The notes beneath the pieces are model-generated. The model saw only the letters and a program-made list of their open reading frames with translations, did no database searches and was not told the DNA's origin. From sequence record OR791690.1: a DNA stretch of 55,571 bases. One strand, written 5' to 3'. The translations under genes were made by a program, and so were the position numbers. Below are positions 1-9,646 of this stretch, piece by piece (position 1 is the first letter of the stretch; every line of letters starts with the position of its first letter). The stretch is from Escherichia phage vB_EcoM_JL1.

Positions 1-324
1 GACTTCTTCTCTTCTTTCGAATTCTGATTGAAAGAAAGAAGCATGTCCAAAAGTTCCAATATTACAAAGTTATCTCCCGGCTTGTGGGTGGGCCTTTATA
101 ATAGGAGATGGAGCAATATTGTTGCAATTGAACATGCTTTAGTTGAAGAACAGTTTCGAATGGTAATCCTACTTCACACATGGTTGTTGGAACTTTGTCC
201 GGCCAAAGACAGGGAGTTCAATGATTGCCACATCATTACAACACTGTATGTTTAGTTGACATGCTGAAATGTTTCTAGAATGATTTCAACATGACATGCG
301 GAATACTTCTCCGTATTCTGTTAC

Positions 325-344
325 TTCACATCCAACTAATGTTA
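325..344 (-). promoter_or_regulatory. Phage-promoter-like conserved motif (copy P1)
   Basis: plus ttcacatccaactaatgtta; minus-strand consensus AACATTAGTTGGATTTGAAG shared by about 12 sites. Confidence 0.4.
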
Positions 345-416
345 CAGGTGGCTACAATATTGAAGCCAGCTCTAAGATTAATTGAAACAAGAAAAGGGAG
401 CCGAAGCTCCCAAATA

Positions 417-617
417 TCAGAACGGTATCTCTGTATCGAAATAACCAGAATTGTGCAAATATGCATGCAGTAATACATGCGACTCTTGTTTATATTCTGC
501 TAACAACTCTAAGAAGTCTTTAGTCTCCTCCACTGTAGGACGAGATAAGTTGCTCATGTCACAGGTGTGATGAGGGTTGAAACAGTTTTCGATTTGATTG
601 ATTTGCATGGTATTCAT
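417..617 (-). CDS. Small hypothetical protein (66 aa) ending in SSB-tip-like DTEIPF
   Basis: minus-strand ORF downstream of RNAP gene; C-terminus ...GYFDTEIPF resembles the E. coli SSB tip DDDIPF. Confidence 0.5.
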   Translation of the reverse strand: MNTMQINQIENCFNPHHTCDMSNLSRPTVEETKDFLELLAEYKQESHVLLHAYLHNSGYFDTEIPF

Positions 618-665
618 TATAAGTCTCCAAGTTTGTGGTCATCCTTGACCAATTAGTGTTACTGA

Positions 666-2780
666 TTATTGACAGAAGTAGTAAGCGTGTTCGCTCATCA
701 GAAGCTCTTCAGTTACGATGTTCTCATGATACATCTTGATGCCACCAAGTTGCTTAGACAGATTCTCGAATTGATTGTTGGTTACAAAGATTTCAACATA
801 TGCTGCACGAATAACTTCCATCATACGTGGAGCATCTGCCAAACAGCAACGGAAACAATCATGGATTGAAGTGAAGCCACGAAGACCAGCTTCTTTAGCT
901 TTAACTGCAACAGTACGAGCAACAAGTGCATCAATGCCCTGAATGTAGTTAACAACGAAAGTACGCTTGAATTCTTCTTTAGTTGGATTGGATTCACGAA
1001 TGGTCCAAGGCTTATTCTCCTGAATCTGACCAAAGATAACACGAGTTTGGGAGTCAACACGAATGCTGAATGCCTCACAGATTTCACGAGATGGGAAGCA
1101 AGGCTTCATTACAACCTGACCATCAGTGTGACGATATGTGATGTACTCTTTACCAAGTTCAACACAACGGTTGTATGCAGCATCAGCAGCTTTCTCAATG
1201 AACATGTTAATCTTAGCACCCAATGCGTTATGGATTGCTTCCACACACAGTTCAGCAAATGCCTCAGCTTTCTCCATAGGAATCTGGAGTGCTTCTGTCA
1301 TGTAGCTGATGAAGTCAGAAGAACCAGTCAATGCAGCTTTACCACCACCGTATTGGATAGCCATGTACGGAGTTTTGATAAACTTACGACCAGCTTTCGG
1401 ATTCAAGAATTCATCCATGATTTCAGGAGATGGTTTCATTGAAGACTTGTCCAGCAGCTTCAACAGTTCACGAAGACTCAACTGGTATGGGTCAGATGCT
1501 TTAGTCTCAGAATCAACCAGACCTGTTGCACGAGCCATTTCCATATTACCAGCAATGAATGCCAGATATTGAGTACCAGAACATTTAGCATCTAAGCCAA
1601 AGCCTACACGAGAATCACATTCACCTGTAGTCTCGAACTTGAACCAATCCAGAGCCAGACGAACATAAGTGAATGGCTTGGAAGGACGTTCAGCTTTAGG
1701 CATGTTCATCATGCGAGCAAGTGAACCAGCTGGATTCTGAGCAACATAAGTTAAACGCTTAGCACTGCACCATTCACCACCAGAAATATCTTCCAGCTCT
1801 GCCATAAACATGTTGTATGCAATGGTAGTAGAACCATCTTCGTTAAACTTCTTAACGATGTTCTCAACATTGTGAGAATACAAGCAACGAGCAAAGTCAG
1901 ATGATTGTGGGTTAGGACCAGCACATGCTACATGATACAGACGACCACGGTTATCAGCAAAGTAGTCAGAATACAGTGTGTCCTGATTCATCATTGCTAC
2001 AGCATTGTTCCAAACATGGAGTTCAGTCTGGATTGCTTCTGGCATCTGCAAGCCACCATAGGTACGTTGTTCAAGCATGGACTGAATGATGCGAACCATC
2101 TCAGTCTCCACATGGTACTCAGTATCTTGCAGGAATTCGATTGCAGCTTTCAGAGTTTTGGATGGCTTAACTTTGCCACCTTTAACGAAAGGCTTGCGAC
2201 GAGATTCAGATGTAACACGCTCAGTGAATGGCACTGCGGTATCTTTGGTTGTAACCAGCTCAACCCATGTGTCAGTTTGTTGGAACGACTTATCTTCGTT
2301 CATGGTGATGAAGCCAAAGTGCTTAGCCAGGCCAATGAGGTTGATAGCTGGGTCAACATAGTGCATTGCTTTCAAATCATTGTTGTAACGGTTGGCATCA
2401 GCAATTGAAGCAGAAGCCAGCTCAACCATTGCAATTGCAGGAACAACATCATCACGAGTGAATGAGGTCATCATCTTAAAGATTGCAAGAGCAGCAATAG
2501 CACAGGTCTGAGGTTGCATGTAGTTCTGTTTCTCTTTGGCACGATATACCAGAGCAGTGATAGCAGGGACAACGGATTTGATAGTTTGAGTTGAGATAGT
2601 TGCCATTTTGCGAGTCTCCAATTTAGTTTCGGTTTTAGTTTCGGATTGTGTAGCGGAGGTGATTTCATCTACCATCTGGTTGCAACGGTCCATCGTATCG
2701 AGCACGTCTTTCCAACCGTGGCCTTCTTCTTTTAAGCGAGCACCATCAGCAGCCAGTGTACGATATTCTTCATTAGTCAT
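666..2780 (-). CDS. T7-like single-subunit DNA-dependent RNA polymerase (704 aa, compact)
   Basis: motifs DAKCSGTQYLAF (T7 DGSCSGIQHFSA), KTPYMAIQYGGG, SIHDCF (T7 HDSFGT); ATG at 2780 with GGAGA RBS. Confidence 0.85.
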   Translation of the reverse strand: MTNEEYRTLAADGARLKEEGHGWKDVLDTMDRCNQMVDEITSATQSETKTETKLETRKMATISTQTIKSVVPAITALVYRAKEKQNYMQPQTCAIAALAIFKMMTSFTRDDVVPAIAMVELASASIADANRYNNDLKAMHYVDPAINLIGLAKHFGFITMNEDKSFQQTDTWVELVTTKDTAVPFTERVTSESRRKPFVKGGKVKPSKTLKAAIEFLQDTEYHVETEMVRIIQSMLEQRTYGGLQMPEAIQTELHVWNNAVAMMNQDTLYSDYFADNRGRLYHVACAGPNPQSSDFARCLYSHNVENIVKKFNEDGSTTIAYNMFMAELEDISGGEWCSAKRLTYVAQNPAGSLARMMNMPKAERPSKPFTYVRLALDWFKFETTGECDSRVGFGLDAKCSGTQYLAFIAGNMEMARATGLVDSETKASDPYQLSLRELLKLLDKSSMKPSPEIMDEFLNPKAGRKFIKTPYMAIQYGGGKAALTGSSDFISYMTEALQIPMEKAEAFAELCVEAIHNALGAKINMFIEKAADAAYNRCVELGKEYITYRHTDGQVVMKPCFPSREICEAFSIRVDSQTRVIFGQIQENKPWTIRESNPTKEEFKRTFVVNYIQGIDALVARTVAVKAKEAGLRGFTSIHDCFRCCLADAPRMMEVIRAAYVEIFVTNNQFENLSKQLGGIKMYHENIVTEELLMSEHAYYFCQ

Positions 2781-2842
2781 GATAAAGTCTCCAATTGATT
2801 ATGATTTAACTGAAACGGATTAGACTTGCGTAGCCTATTCAT

Positions 2843-2862
2843 AATCACAACCAACTAATGGT
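2843..2862 (-). promoter_or_regulatory. Phage-promoter-like conserved motif (copy P2), 63 nt upstream of RNAP start
   Basis: plus aatcacaaccaactaatggt. Confidence 0.4.
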
Positions 2863-2995
2863 GAGGTGAGCACACTACAACAGCGTACTCTGATTGCCTT
2901 TGACCTTGACTTATAAGCGAAGCGCCTAACTTGGTGTTGTTTGAAAGCCGATAGGCTGTAGGAAAAAGTTGGAGTAGGGACCGTATTTAAGTCCG

Positions 2996-3424
2996 ATAGG
3001 ACGTTGGGCTTCTGCTCCCCGGCCCCCTAAAAATAAAATTAATATTGCCACAATTCGAGTCTCGTTAATATCGAACAAATTCGAGTCTCCAATATCGTAA
3101 CAATTTTAGTCTCATTAATTCTGTAGCAATATTGAAAATAAAAAAAAAATTATAAAAAAATTATTTCATAGCCAGACAACTGTTCGAACAAATTTCGGCG
3201 AGATAACTTCTCCGAAGGAGATACAGCTGACCGACCATGAACGAATTACTATCCAGGTACAGTTGACCGACCATGTACCATTTGGTTTTGAACTTTACGC
3301 ATTCCTAATATTACTCTTAATATTGTAGCAATATTGGGAATAAATAAATATTTAATTTACTTGTCTTATTCTAGCTCAAAGAGAAACGACGCTAACGCAT
3401 CGAATCTCTTCTCGCATATAATCG
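2996..3424 (-). promoter_or_regulatory. AT-rich non-coding control region between nrdB and RNAP gene, with direct repeats
   Basis: no ORF; three ~25-bp direct repeats (GAGACTCGAATTTGTTCGATATT-like, minus strand), two copies of CATGGTCGGTCARCTGTAYCT, long A/T tract 3131..3170, repeated CAATATTGCTACA. Confidence 0.6.
3149..3179 (-). promoter_or_regulatory. Candidate sigma70-type promoter upstream of RNAP gene
   Basis: minus strand TTGTCT then about 18-19 nt then TATAAT; spacer slightly long. Confidence 0.3.
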
Positions 3425-4525
3425 TTAAAGCTCAAATCCGCCCAGAGCATTGGTGTCCACTTCGGAATCAATCTGCCCGACAAGGTACGAACTAATCTCC
3501 GTTTCTTGTGGAGCAACTTGTACAGCATCCGAATTCAACCATGCGTTAATCCAAGGAATCGGGTTAGTAGCACCTTTGAATGGAGCATCTAATCCAACTG
3601 CTTGCATACGAATATTCGTGATATATTCCACATATCCGCATAGAATTTGCTTGTTTAAGCCAATCATTGAGCCATCTTTGAACAAATAATCAGCCCAATC
3701 TTTCTCTTGTTGGGCCACATTTTCGAACATGAGTTGGCATTCTTGGCGGCATTCTTTAGCAATTTCGGCCATTTCTGGGTCATCAACACCACTTGCAAGA
3801 AGGTTCAGCATGTGTTGAGTTCCAGTCAAATGGAGTGCTTCATCACGAGCAATTAAGCGAATAATCTTGGCATTTCCTTCCATCAACTTGCGTTCAGCGA
3901 AGGCAAATGAACAAGCAAAACTGACATAAAAGCGGATTGCTTCTAGTGCATTAATGGACATGAGGCATAAATATAGCTTCTTCTTAAGCTCACGAATAGA
4001 AACCTCATCTTCATGCAGATGCCACATGGAAGTTAGGTGTTGAAGTTCGTCATAATATTGGGAGATGCCGATTGCACGCATTTTAATATGCTCATTCTCC
4101 ACAATTTCATCGAAAATGACACTCGGGTCTGTAACAATATTACGAATAATATGCGTGTAAGAACGGGAGTGAATTGTCTCTGAGAAGGACCAAGTTTCAA
4201 TCCAAGTTTCCAGCTCAGGAATGCTCACAATTGGCAGCAAAACTGTGGTTGGTCCACGTCCCTGAATGGAGTCAAGCAAGATTTGATAGCGCAAATTGCT
4301 GGTGAAGATGTGCTTCTCACATTCAGGCAGACCAGCATAGTCAATTCGGTCCTGGCTAACATCAACCTCTTCAGGTCGCCAAAAGAAAGATAACTGCTTT
4401 TCGATTAACTTCTCGAAGATGCTATACTTCTGTTGGTCATATCGAGCAACGTTAACGTTCTGACCAAAGAACATTGGCTCTAGTAGTTGGTTATTCTTGG
4501 TTTGTGAAAAGGTAGTGTAAGCCAT
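3425..4525 (-). CDS. nrdB: Ribonucleotide reductase class Ia small subunit (NrdB), host-like
   Basis: near-colinear with E. coli NrdB as I recall it ([11 protein letters not shown]..., [32 protein letters not shown]); no NrdA in the window. Confidence 0.9.
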   Translation of the reverse strand: MAYTTFSQTKNNQLLEPMFFGQNVNVARYDQQKYSIFEKLIEKQLSFFWRPEEVDVSQDRIDYAGLPECEKHIFTSNLRYQILLDSIQGRGPTTVLLPIVSIPELETWIETWSFSETIHSRSYTHIIRNIVTDPSVIFDEIVENEHIKMRAIGISQYYDELQHLTSMWHLHEDEVSIRELKKKLYLCLMSINALEAIRFYVSFACSFAFAERKLMEGNAKIIRLIARDEALHLTGTQHMLNLLASGVDDPEMAEIAKECRQECQLMFENVAQQEKDWADYLFKDGSMIGLNKQILCGYVEYITNIRMQAVGLDAPFKGATNPIPWINAWLNSDAVQVAPQETEISSYLVGQIDSEVDTNALGGFEL

Positions 4526-5079
4526 TACAGATTTCCTAGATACTCATAGAATTTATGGCCACCATAACGCCCCAAACCTTTAACATTCTTGAAGTTGCAC
4601 TTCTCCGATGCTGTACAAAAGTGGGTTGCTTTGGTGACAGAGGGTTGATTAAATAGTACAAAAGAGATTGCAACATTAATGGTGTCCAGAACTTGTTGTT
4701 GTTCTGTGGCATAATTAATCTTTGCTACATGCTTCCATTGAGCATTCTTCTTCTTTGCTTCTCGTGTCCATGCAAATTGATTGCGTTGATAGACAACATC
4801 ACAAACGGTGTTAGCGAATGGCTTCCCGAACTCAGTTCTATTACGGACGACATTAGCTACCAGAATCTTTCCATGTTTGTCTTCTCCGCGAGCTTCATAC
4901 CAGATAACTTTAGTATAGCATTCTAGCTCTTTGCGTTGTGAAGAAGATAGTTTCAGACTTCCATTTAAATAAGAATGACTTGCAAAATCTGTAATAGCAG
5001 AATTCACTGCCCCAACCGAAGCTGGGGCGTTGATGTGAACTAAAGCTGCCAGAACTGCAAGGACTTTGAATGATAGCAT
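4525..5079 (-). CDS. SleB/CwlJ-like cell-wall hydrolase with N-terminal signal sequence (candidate endolysin)
   Basis: VIWYEARGE and VVRNR motifs typical of the Hydrolase_2 family; hydrophobic N-terminus [20 protein letters not shown]; next to holin; stop overlaps nrdB start (TAATG). Confidence 0.65.
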   Translation of the reverse strand: MLSFKVLAVLAALVHINAPASVGAVNSAITDFASHSYLNGSLKLSSSQRKELECYTKVIWYEARGEDKHGKILVANVVRNRTEFGKPFANTVCDVVYQRNQFAWTREAKKKNAQWKHVAKINYATEQQQVLDTINVAISFVLFNQPSVTKATHFCTASEKCNFKNVKGLGRYGGHKFYEYLGNL

Positions 5080-5096
5080 TCGAGTTCCTTATCATT

Positions 5097-5438
5097 TCAT
5101 CGTGCCTTCTTGAACCACGTCAAAGGATTAAGTTGTTTGATTGCGCCAGAGAAACTTTCCCTGACAGTTGTGATAATGAGGTTTGCACCGATGACACCAA
5201 TCACGATAGCCAATACTAACTGCATAGTGACGTTAGTCGTGAAGGTTTCAAATGTGCCAGCAACATGAAAGGCAAACAGGCCGATTAAGCTGCACAGCGC
5301 CGCATCCAGCAGCGCCTTGCTTAAGCCTTCACTCTCATATGCCCCACGAATTAAAGCCGTAAGACCAGCCAATAATCCGTGCCATACGCCATATTGGTGC
5401 ATCAGGTCCACAAACATCTGAATGGATAGTCGTTCCAT
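5097..5438 (-). CDS. Holin (putative)
   Basis: 113 aa, multiple hydrophobic segments, charged C-terminus WFKKAR, directly upstream of hydrolase. Confidence 0.55.
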   Translation of the reverse strand: MERLSIQMFVDLMHQYGVWHGLLAGLTALIRGAYESEGLSKALLDAALCSLIGLFAFHVAGTFETFTTNVTMQLVLAIVIGVIGANLIITTVRESFSGAIKQLNPLTWFKKAR

Positions 5439-5446
5439 TGTTTTCC

Positions 5447-6487
5447 TTAAGCCACCCGTTTCCAGAAGGCGTAATAGTGTGAAGAGTTGCGCACATTGAG
5501 TGCGGTCCCGCCACCAGTTGAGGTTGTTTCGTTATTGCTGGGGCCACCAGTGGTCAGAGCCGTGCCACCAGTGCTGCCTGCACTAGAGCCTCCACTTGTA
5601 CCTGTGTAGTTTGGCAAGTCCACTGTGTGGGTGTGAGCGCCGGAGGAGTTGGCAGTCCCACTTACGTGATGGGTGTGAGCACCAGCACCACCAGTGTTTG
5701 TGGACCATGCTTCTATATCGTTTCGACCTGAGCGGAGCGGTATGACGCCACCTTGATTACCACCGTTAACCGACGGCACAGAGTGAGTGTGGTTGCCATT
5801 GCTCTCGGCAGTGCCCGATAAGGAGTGAGTATGCGCACCACTGGAACTTGATGTAACTGCTGGGTGGTCGTGGTTGATGGTGTGGGTGTGAGCCATCGTG
5901 TGCGAGTGGGCTGCAATACCGTGAGTGTGGTTTTGCATTCCGTGCGTGTGACCTGGCAGGTTGGCTACAGCAATGGTGGCTGTATCTGACCCAGCTACTG
6001 AACCAATCTGACCATCAGCCGTCCCAGCTTCTGGGCCAGTTGCAGCACGGGCAGCGCGACCATCGGTAATTTGTTCCCACACAGTTCCTGGGAACGAGTT
6101 GTTCGGGTTTGTGGCATCATCAAACTGCAATACAATACCGATTGGGTATATAGTATTAAATATGTTTGAGGCATCTATTTGAAGCTTCCACGGACCCCAG
6201 TCCACAGTTGGGGACTCCTTCGTGCGAACATATAGTCTGGCAAAGTTGTATGTAGTGTATCTCTGAATGCTTAGCCCTGTTGATGTCCAGGGCATTACCT
6301 CAAGCACACCAGCAACCTTTTCTGGAATGTTCAGCAATGTGGTGGCTATATTATTGGCAGCAACCATGTATATGCCAGACTTTTCCACACCGTAGAAGTC
6401 ATTAAAGTCCAGCCCACTGGTTAGGGATTCGGCATATCTCGACCACTTCTCCTTAACCAACGCATCTAAAGAATAACCTTTAGCCAT
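5447..6487 (-). CDS. Tail fibre protein with HxH repeats and Gly/Ser/Thr-rich C-terminus
   Basis: repeated GHTHG / AHTHT / NHTHS motifs resembling metal-binding HxH repeats of phage fibre tips; follows other fibre genes. Confidence 0.65.
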   Translation of the reverse strand: MAKGYSLDALVKEKWSRYAESLTSGLDFNDFYGVEKSGIYMVAANNIATTLLNIPEKVAGVLEVMPWTSTGLSIQRYTTYNFARLYVRTKESPTVDWGPWKLQIDASNIFNTIYPIGIVLQFDDATNPNNSFPGTVWEQITDGRAARAATGPEAGTADGQIGSVAGSDTATIAVANLPGHTHGMQNHTHGIAAHSHTMAHTHTINHDHPAVTSSSSGAHTHSLSGTAESNGNHTHSVPSVNGGNQGGVIPLRSGRNDIEAWSTNTGGAGAHTHHVSGTANSSGAHTHTVDLPNYTGTSGGSSAGSTGGTALTTGGPSNNETTSTGGGTALNVRNSSHYYAFWKRVA

Positions 6488-6496
6488 TTTTGAATC

Positions 6497-7855
6497 CTAT
6501 AAAGTTGAAATCTGTTTGGCAGTTAGCGCGGAAGGCCACAGCCTAAAGTTTCTGATACGAACTGTATCAGGATACTTTGGAATATAGATGCTTGGTGCAG
6601 AGCTGTCGGCAGGAGGTGCCCCAGCCTGTGATGCAGCCAATACGCCGTTTATATACAACCTGTATGTAGACCCATCGTATAAGCCGACTATTCGAACAAT
6701 TGTTCCGCTAAGGGACGCTGGAATTGTCGCAGAAGCAAAAATTGCATTTTTACTGGTAGATGGGATATACACATATATAGCCAATGAACCGTTTTTACGA
6801 ACCAGGATTCTGGCAAGGTTTGTCCCTGCGGCAATACTCCAATCGGAGCGTTCTGGCAGAAATGTGTGGAGGTAGTCGAAACAAATGGTGAATTCAGAGT
6901 TGCTGGGAAGTCGAACAATATCGGACATCTCCAACTTAAACTCCACATTGTTAATACCTAACATACCGGTACTTGGGTCGAATGCTGGCTCGCCTGTGGT
7001 GGATGCAGTACCAGTCCCGCGCTGGATGTTTATCGAATTGATAAGCCCCATTTGAAACGACTCAAGTGGTGTGGCATACTCAGGCTCTTGTGCAGCCTTA
7101 ACATCTGGGAAGTTTAGTTCCGTTACAATACGCGACTTACTTGCAGCAGTACCTGCCTCTGGATTTCCTGTGGTTCCATTGATTCCAAGGTAGTAGCTTC
7201 CATTACGAAGATACAGCCCACCGTCGTTAACAATCTGGGCAGTTTTGGAATCATTCAGGTACACAGCTGTGAAGGTGACTTCACCAGTGTATGCACCACC
7301 AGTTACAGGAACAGCACCAACCTGGACCGCAGTAAGTTTGTGTGGGTTGTTGTAGTCCGTTACGTGTGCTTGAACCATTGCACGATAGTTGGCAACAATA
7401 GAATCAAGTTCAGACTTGTTGTATGCACCAATTTGTGCAGCAGTTACTTTGTGTGGGTTTGTGGTTACGTCTGCAATGTGCGCATTGATTGCTGCAACAA
7501 TTGAGTCGTAGTTTGCACGAGAAACTTGGATGGAGCTTGGACTCCACTGTGCAGAGTTTGCACTTGGGCGTAAGGTTTTGTTAGGACTGGCGACAGTACA
7601 AACATAAATCGTTTTGTTTGTTTCGTCCCAAGCCAAACTACCAACGCCATAACTTACATCACTGCCCCACTCAAAGATTCCACGTTCTGCTTGTGCAAGC
7701 ATTGTGGTGTCAATCTTATATTGCAGGTAGTTAAGAACCTGATAGGTCGGAATCTCCGCAACCCAACCCTTGAGATATTTTTCATCCCCTGGGTCACGTC
7801 TTGCGACAGAGTTGTTTGAAGTCCAGACTCGGTTCAGTTTAGGACGAATCGCCAT
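6497..7855 (-). CDS. Tail fibre / tail protein
   Basis: 452 aa; internal repeat NPHKVTAAQIGAY / NPHKLTAVQVGAV; position in fibre cluster. Confidence 0.55.
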   Translation of the reverse strand: MAIRPKLNRVWTSNNSVARRDPGDEKYLKGWVAEIPTYQVLNYLQYKIDTTMLAQAERGIFEWGSDVSYGVGSLAWDETNKTIYVCTVASPNKTLRPSANSAQWSPSSIQVSRANYDSIVAAINAHIADVTTNPHKVTAAQIGAYNKSELDSIVANYRAMVQAHVTDYNNPHKLTAVQVGAVPVTGGAYTGEVTFTAVYLNDSKTAQIVNDGGLYLRNGSYYLGINGTTGNPEAGTAASKSRIVTELNFPDVKAAQEPEYATPLESFQMGLINSINIQRGTGTASTTGEPAFDPSTGMLGINNVEFKLEMSDIVRLPSNSEFTICFDYLHTFLPERSDWSIAAGTNLARILVRKNGSLAIYVYIPSTSKNAIFASATIPASLSGTIVRIVGLYDGSTYRLYINGVLAASQAGAPPADSSAPSIYIPKYPDTVRIRNFRLWPSALTAKQISTL

Positions 7856-9004
7856 TTATACGCTCGCTAACATTGATTTATTGTAGGCTGTCAGTCTTGG
7901 GTAGTATGTAATCCTTGATACATACGTTGCATTTGTCAAGCCCAGGTTTGTTAGAAGTGTGCTCATTGATGTGTAGTTTCCACTAGGGGCGTCTACCACA
8001 GCTCGCAACTTCTTGCCTGCACCATCCATAGCATAAACCACAAAAGTTCCTGGTGCTGCAACCTGAAAGCCTTCGAAAGTTACTGTGTTGTTATCTACCC
8101 TAAGTCCTCCGTCTACAGCTTGGAAAACAGGAGGGGCAGATGTTGTAATAGTCCAGCCATTTACGGAGGATGCGTCGTTTAAGGTTTTGGTAATGTTCAT
8201 GTCAAGGTATGGCACAGGAAGTGCGAACCTGTTTCCCCAACGAATCTGGAATTCTGAATAATTCAGTTCCGTCATCACCGGATACTCTTCGCCACCAACT
8301 ATGCTCCACAGAACATTGCCAAGTGCATCAATGGACAGAATCCTGTTGCCAGCGCGCATCTCAATTCTGCCGTTACCGGTATTCATTCGGATTGAGATGT
8401 CTGTTCCAAACTTCATCCCACCTAGAAGCGACACAGGGCCAGAGAACTTGCCACCAGATGTTGGAAGTGTTCCAAGCTGTTGAGGAGTTTCTTGGTGTAC
8501 ACGACCAGTTTGTAGCTTGTGATATGCGATAGTCCTTGGGTCTGTAGTGCTTCCGAAGGCATTATCTATATCAGTTTTGCTATAAGTTTTATCCGTGATG
8601 GTGTCCACAGTTTCTTTATGAGGATTGGTTGCAGCCAAGTGTCCATCGTAAATAGACTTCAAGTTGCTGACGTTGTTAAGATAATCAACCTTTTTGAGGT
8701 CCAATATCTCTTCCCAACCTTTGGGAGTGTAGACACGAACAACACCATCAAGTGAGGAAACTGCGCCAACCTGATAAGTTACACTCGAATCAAACTCAGC
8801 AATACCACTGAATAGGAGTGAGATAATCTTCAAGTCACTAATCTGCGACAAGAAGTTTTGCCACTCATTAGGTGGCTTCTCAACTTCCCAACCTACGTCG
8901 GCATATCTGTCTGCAATAAAACTTGGTGCAGAGGTGTCCAAGTCCGGGTCTTTAACATCACCATCTTGCGCCCAGGGAAAATTAAACTTAAGACGTTGGG
9001 TCAT
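7856..9004 (-). CDS. Tail fibre or baseplate-attached protein
   Basis: 382 aa ORF between baseplate genes and fibre genes; shares NPHKET motif with neighbour. Confidence 0.5.
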   Translation of the reverse strand: MTQRLKFNFPWAQDGDVKDPDLDTSAPSFIADRYADVGWEVEKPPNEWQNFLSQISDLKIISLLFSGIAEFDSSVTYQVGAVSSLDGVVRVYTPKGWEEILDLKKVDYLNNVSNLKSIYDGHLAATNPHKETVDTITDKTYSKTDIDNAFGSTTDPRTIAYHKLQTGRVHQETPQQLGTLPTSGGKFSGPVSLLGGMKFGTDISIRMNTGNGRIEMRAGNRILSIDALGNVLWSIVGGEEYPVMTELNYSEFQIRWGNRFALPVPYLDMNITKTLNDASSVNGWTITTSAPPVFQAVDGGLRVDNNTVTFEGFQVAAPGTFVVYAMDGAGKKLRAVVDAPSGNYTSMSTLLTNLGLTNATYVSRITYYPRLTAYNKSMLASV

Positions 9005-9645
9005 TATTTCTCCGGAGGATAATCTTTGGAACCATAAACCAGGGCGATATTACCTCCAGCATCTTTAAGAGTAATACTAACCCCAACAGGTTTAAAGTTT
9101 GGAAGCATGTGTGCCATAAGAACTTTCTCAGGTACAGACAACATTTCATGAACAACATAATCCATTGTCTGAAATCCTTCGACGATTTGAAGTTTTAGTT
9201 CCCTTCCCACAACTAACTCAATGTACGTGATGATTTGTTCGATAGTGCAGTTGCCAGTTATCTTAATGATTCGGGCACGTATTGCAGCCTTCAACTGTGC
9301 ATCTGTTCGAATAAAGTCCCCAGAGTCCCTGTCGTAATCTGATTTCAGAATACCACCAACATTTGGGTTATTATCATCACCAGCAGAGAATGCACCTGGG
9401 TTGGCATAGAAGCCAAAGTACCCAAGTGCTGCGGCACCATGTATTACACGAGAAGCCCCTACAATATATGCAAGGTCATCAACCATGATGCCGAATGAAT
9501 CTGCCAAGTATCTATACTTAATTGAGTCGGTCATGGCTTGTTTAACTTCTGCAAACTCTTCCAAGAAAATGGAGATATACTTGCGAAGGTTTGGTGAAAG
9601 TGCATACTGCGAAAGCAGCATGTCTAAGCCATGTTTACCAGCCAT
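9004..9645 (-). CDS. Baseplate protein (Mu gp48 / P2 gpI-like by position)
   Basis: 213 aa; follows J-like gene in Mu-like order. Confidence 0.4.
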   Translation of the reverse strand: MAGKHGLDMLLSQYALSPNLRKYISIFLEEFAEVKQAMTDSIKYRYLADSFGIMVDDLAYIVGASRVIHGAAALGYFGFYANPGAFSAGDDNNPNVGGILKSDYDRDSGDFIRTDAQLKAAIRARIIKITGNCTIEQIITYIELVVGRELKLQIVEGFQTMDYVVHEMLSVPEKVLMAHMLPNFKPVGVSITLKDAGGNIALVYGSKDYPPEK

Positions 9646-9646
9646 A

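Larger units (their letters stand above)
1..2995. repeat. Exact direct repeat of the window's last 2,995 bp (wrap-around of a circularly permuted genome, or terminal redundancy)
   Basis: 1..2995 is identical to 52577..55571 (e.g. ORF 666..2780 = 53242..55356); offset 52,576 bp; repeat runs to both window edges so its true length is undetermined. Confidence 0.95.
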
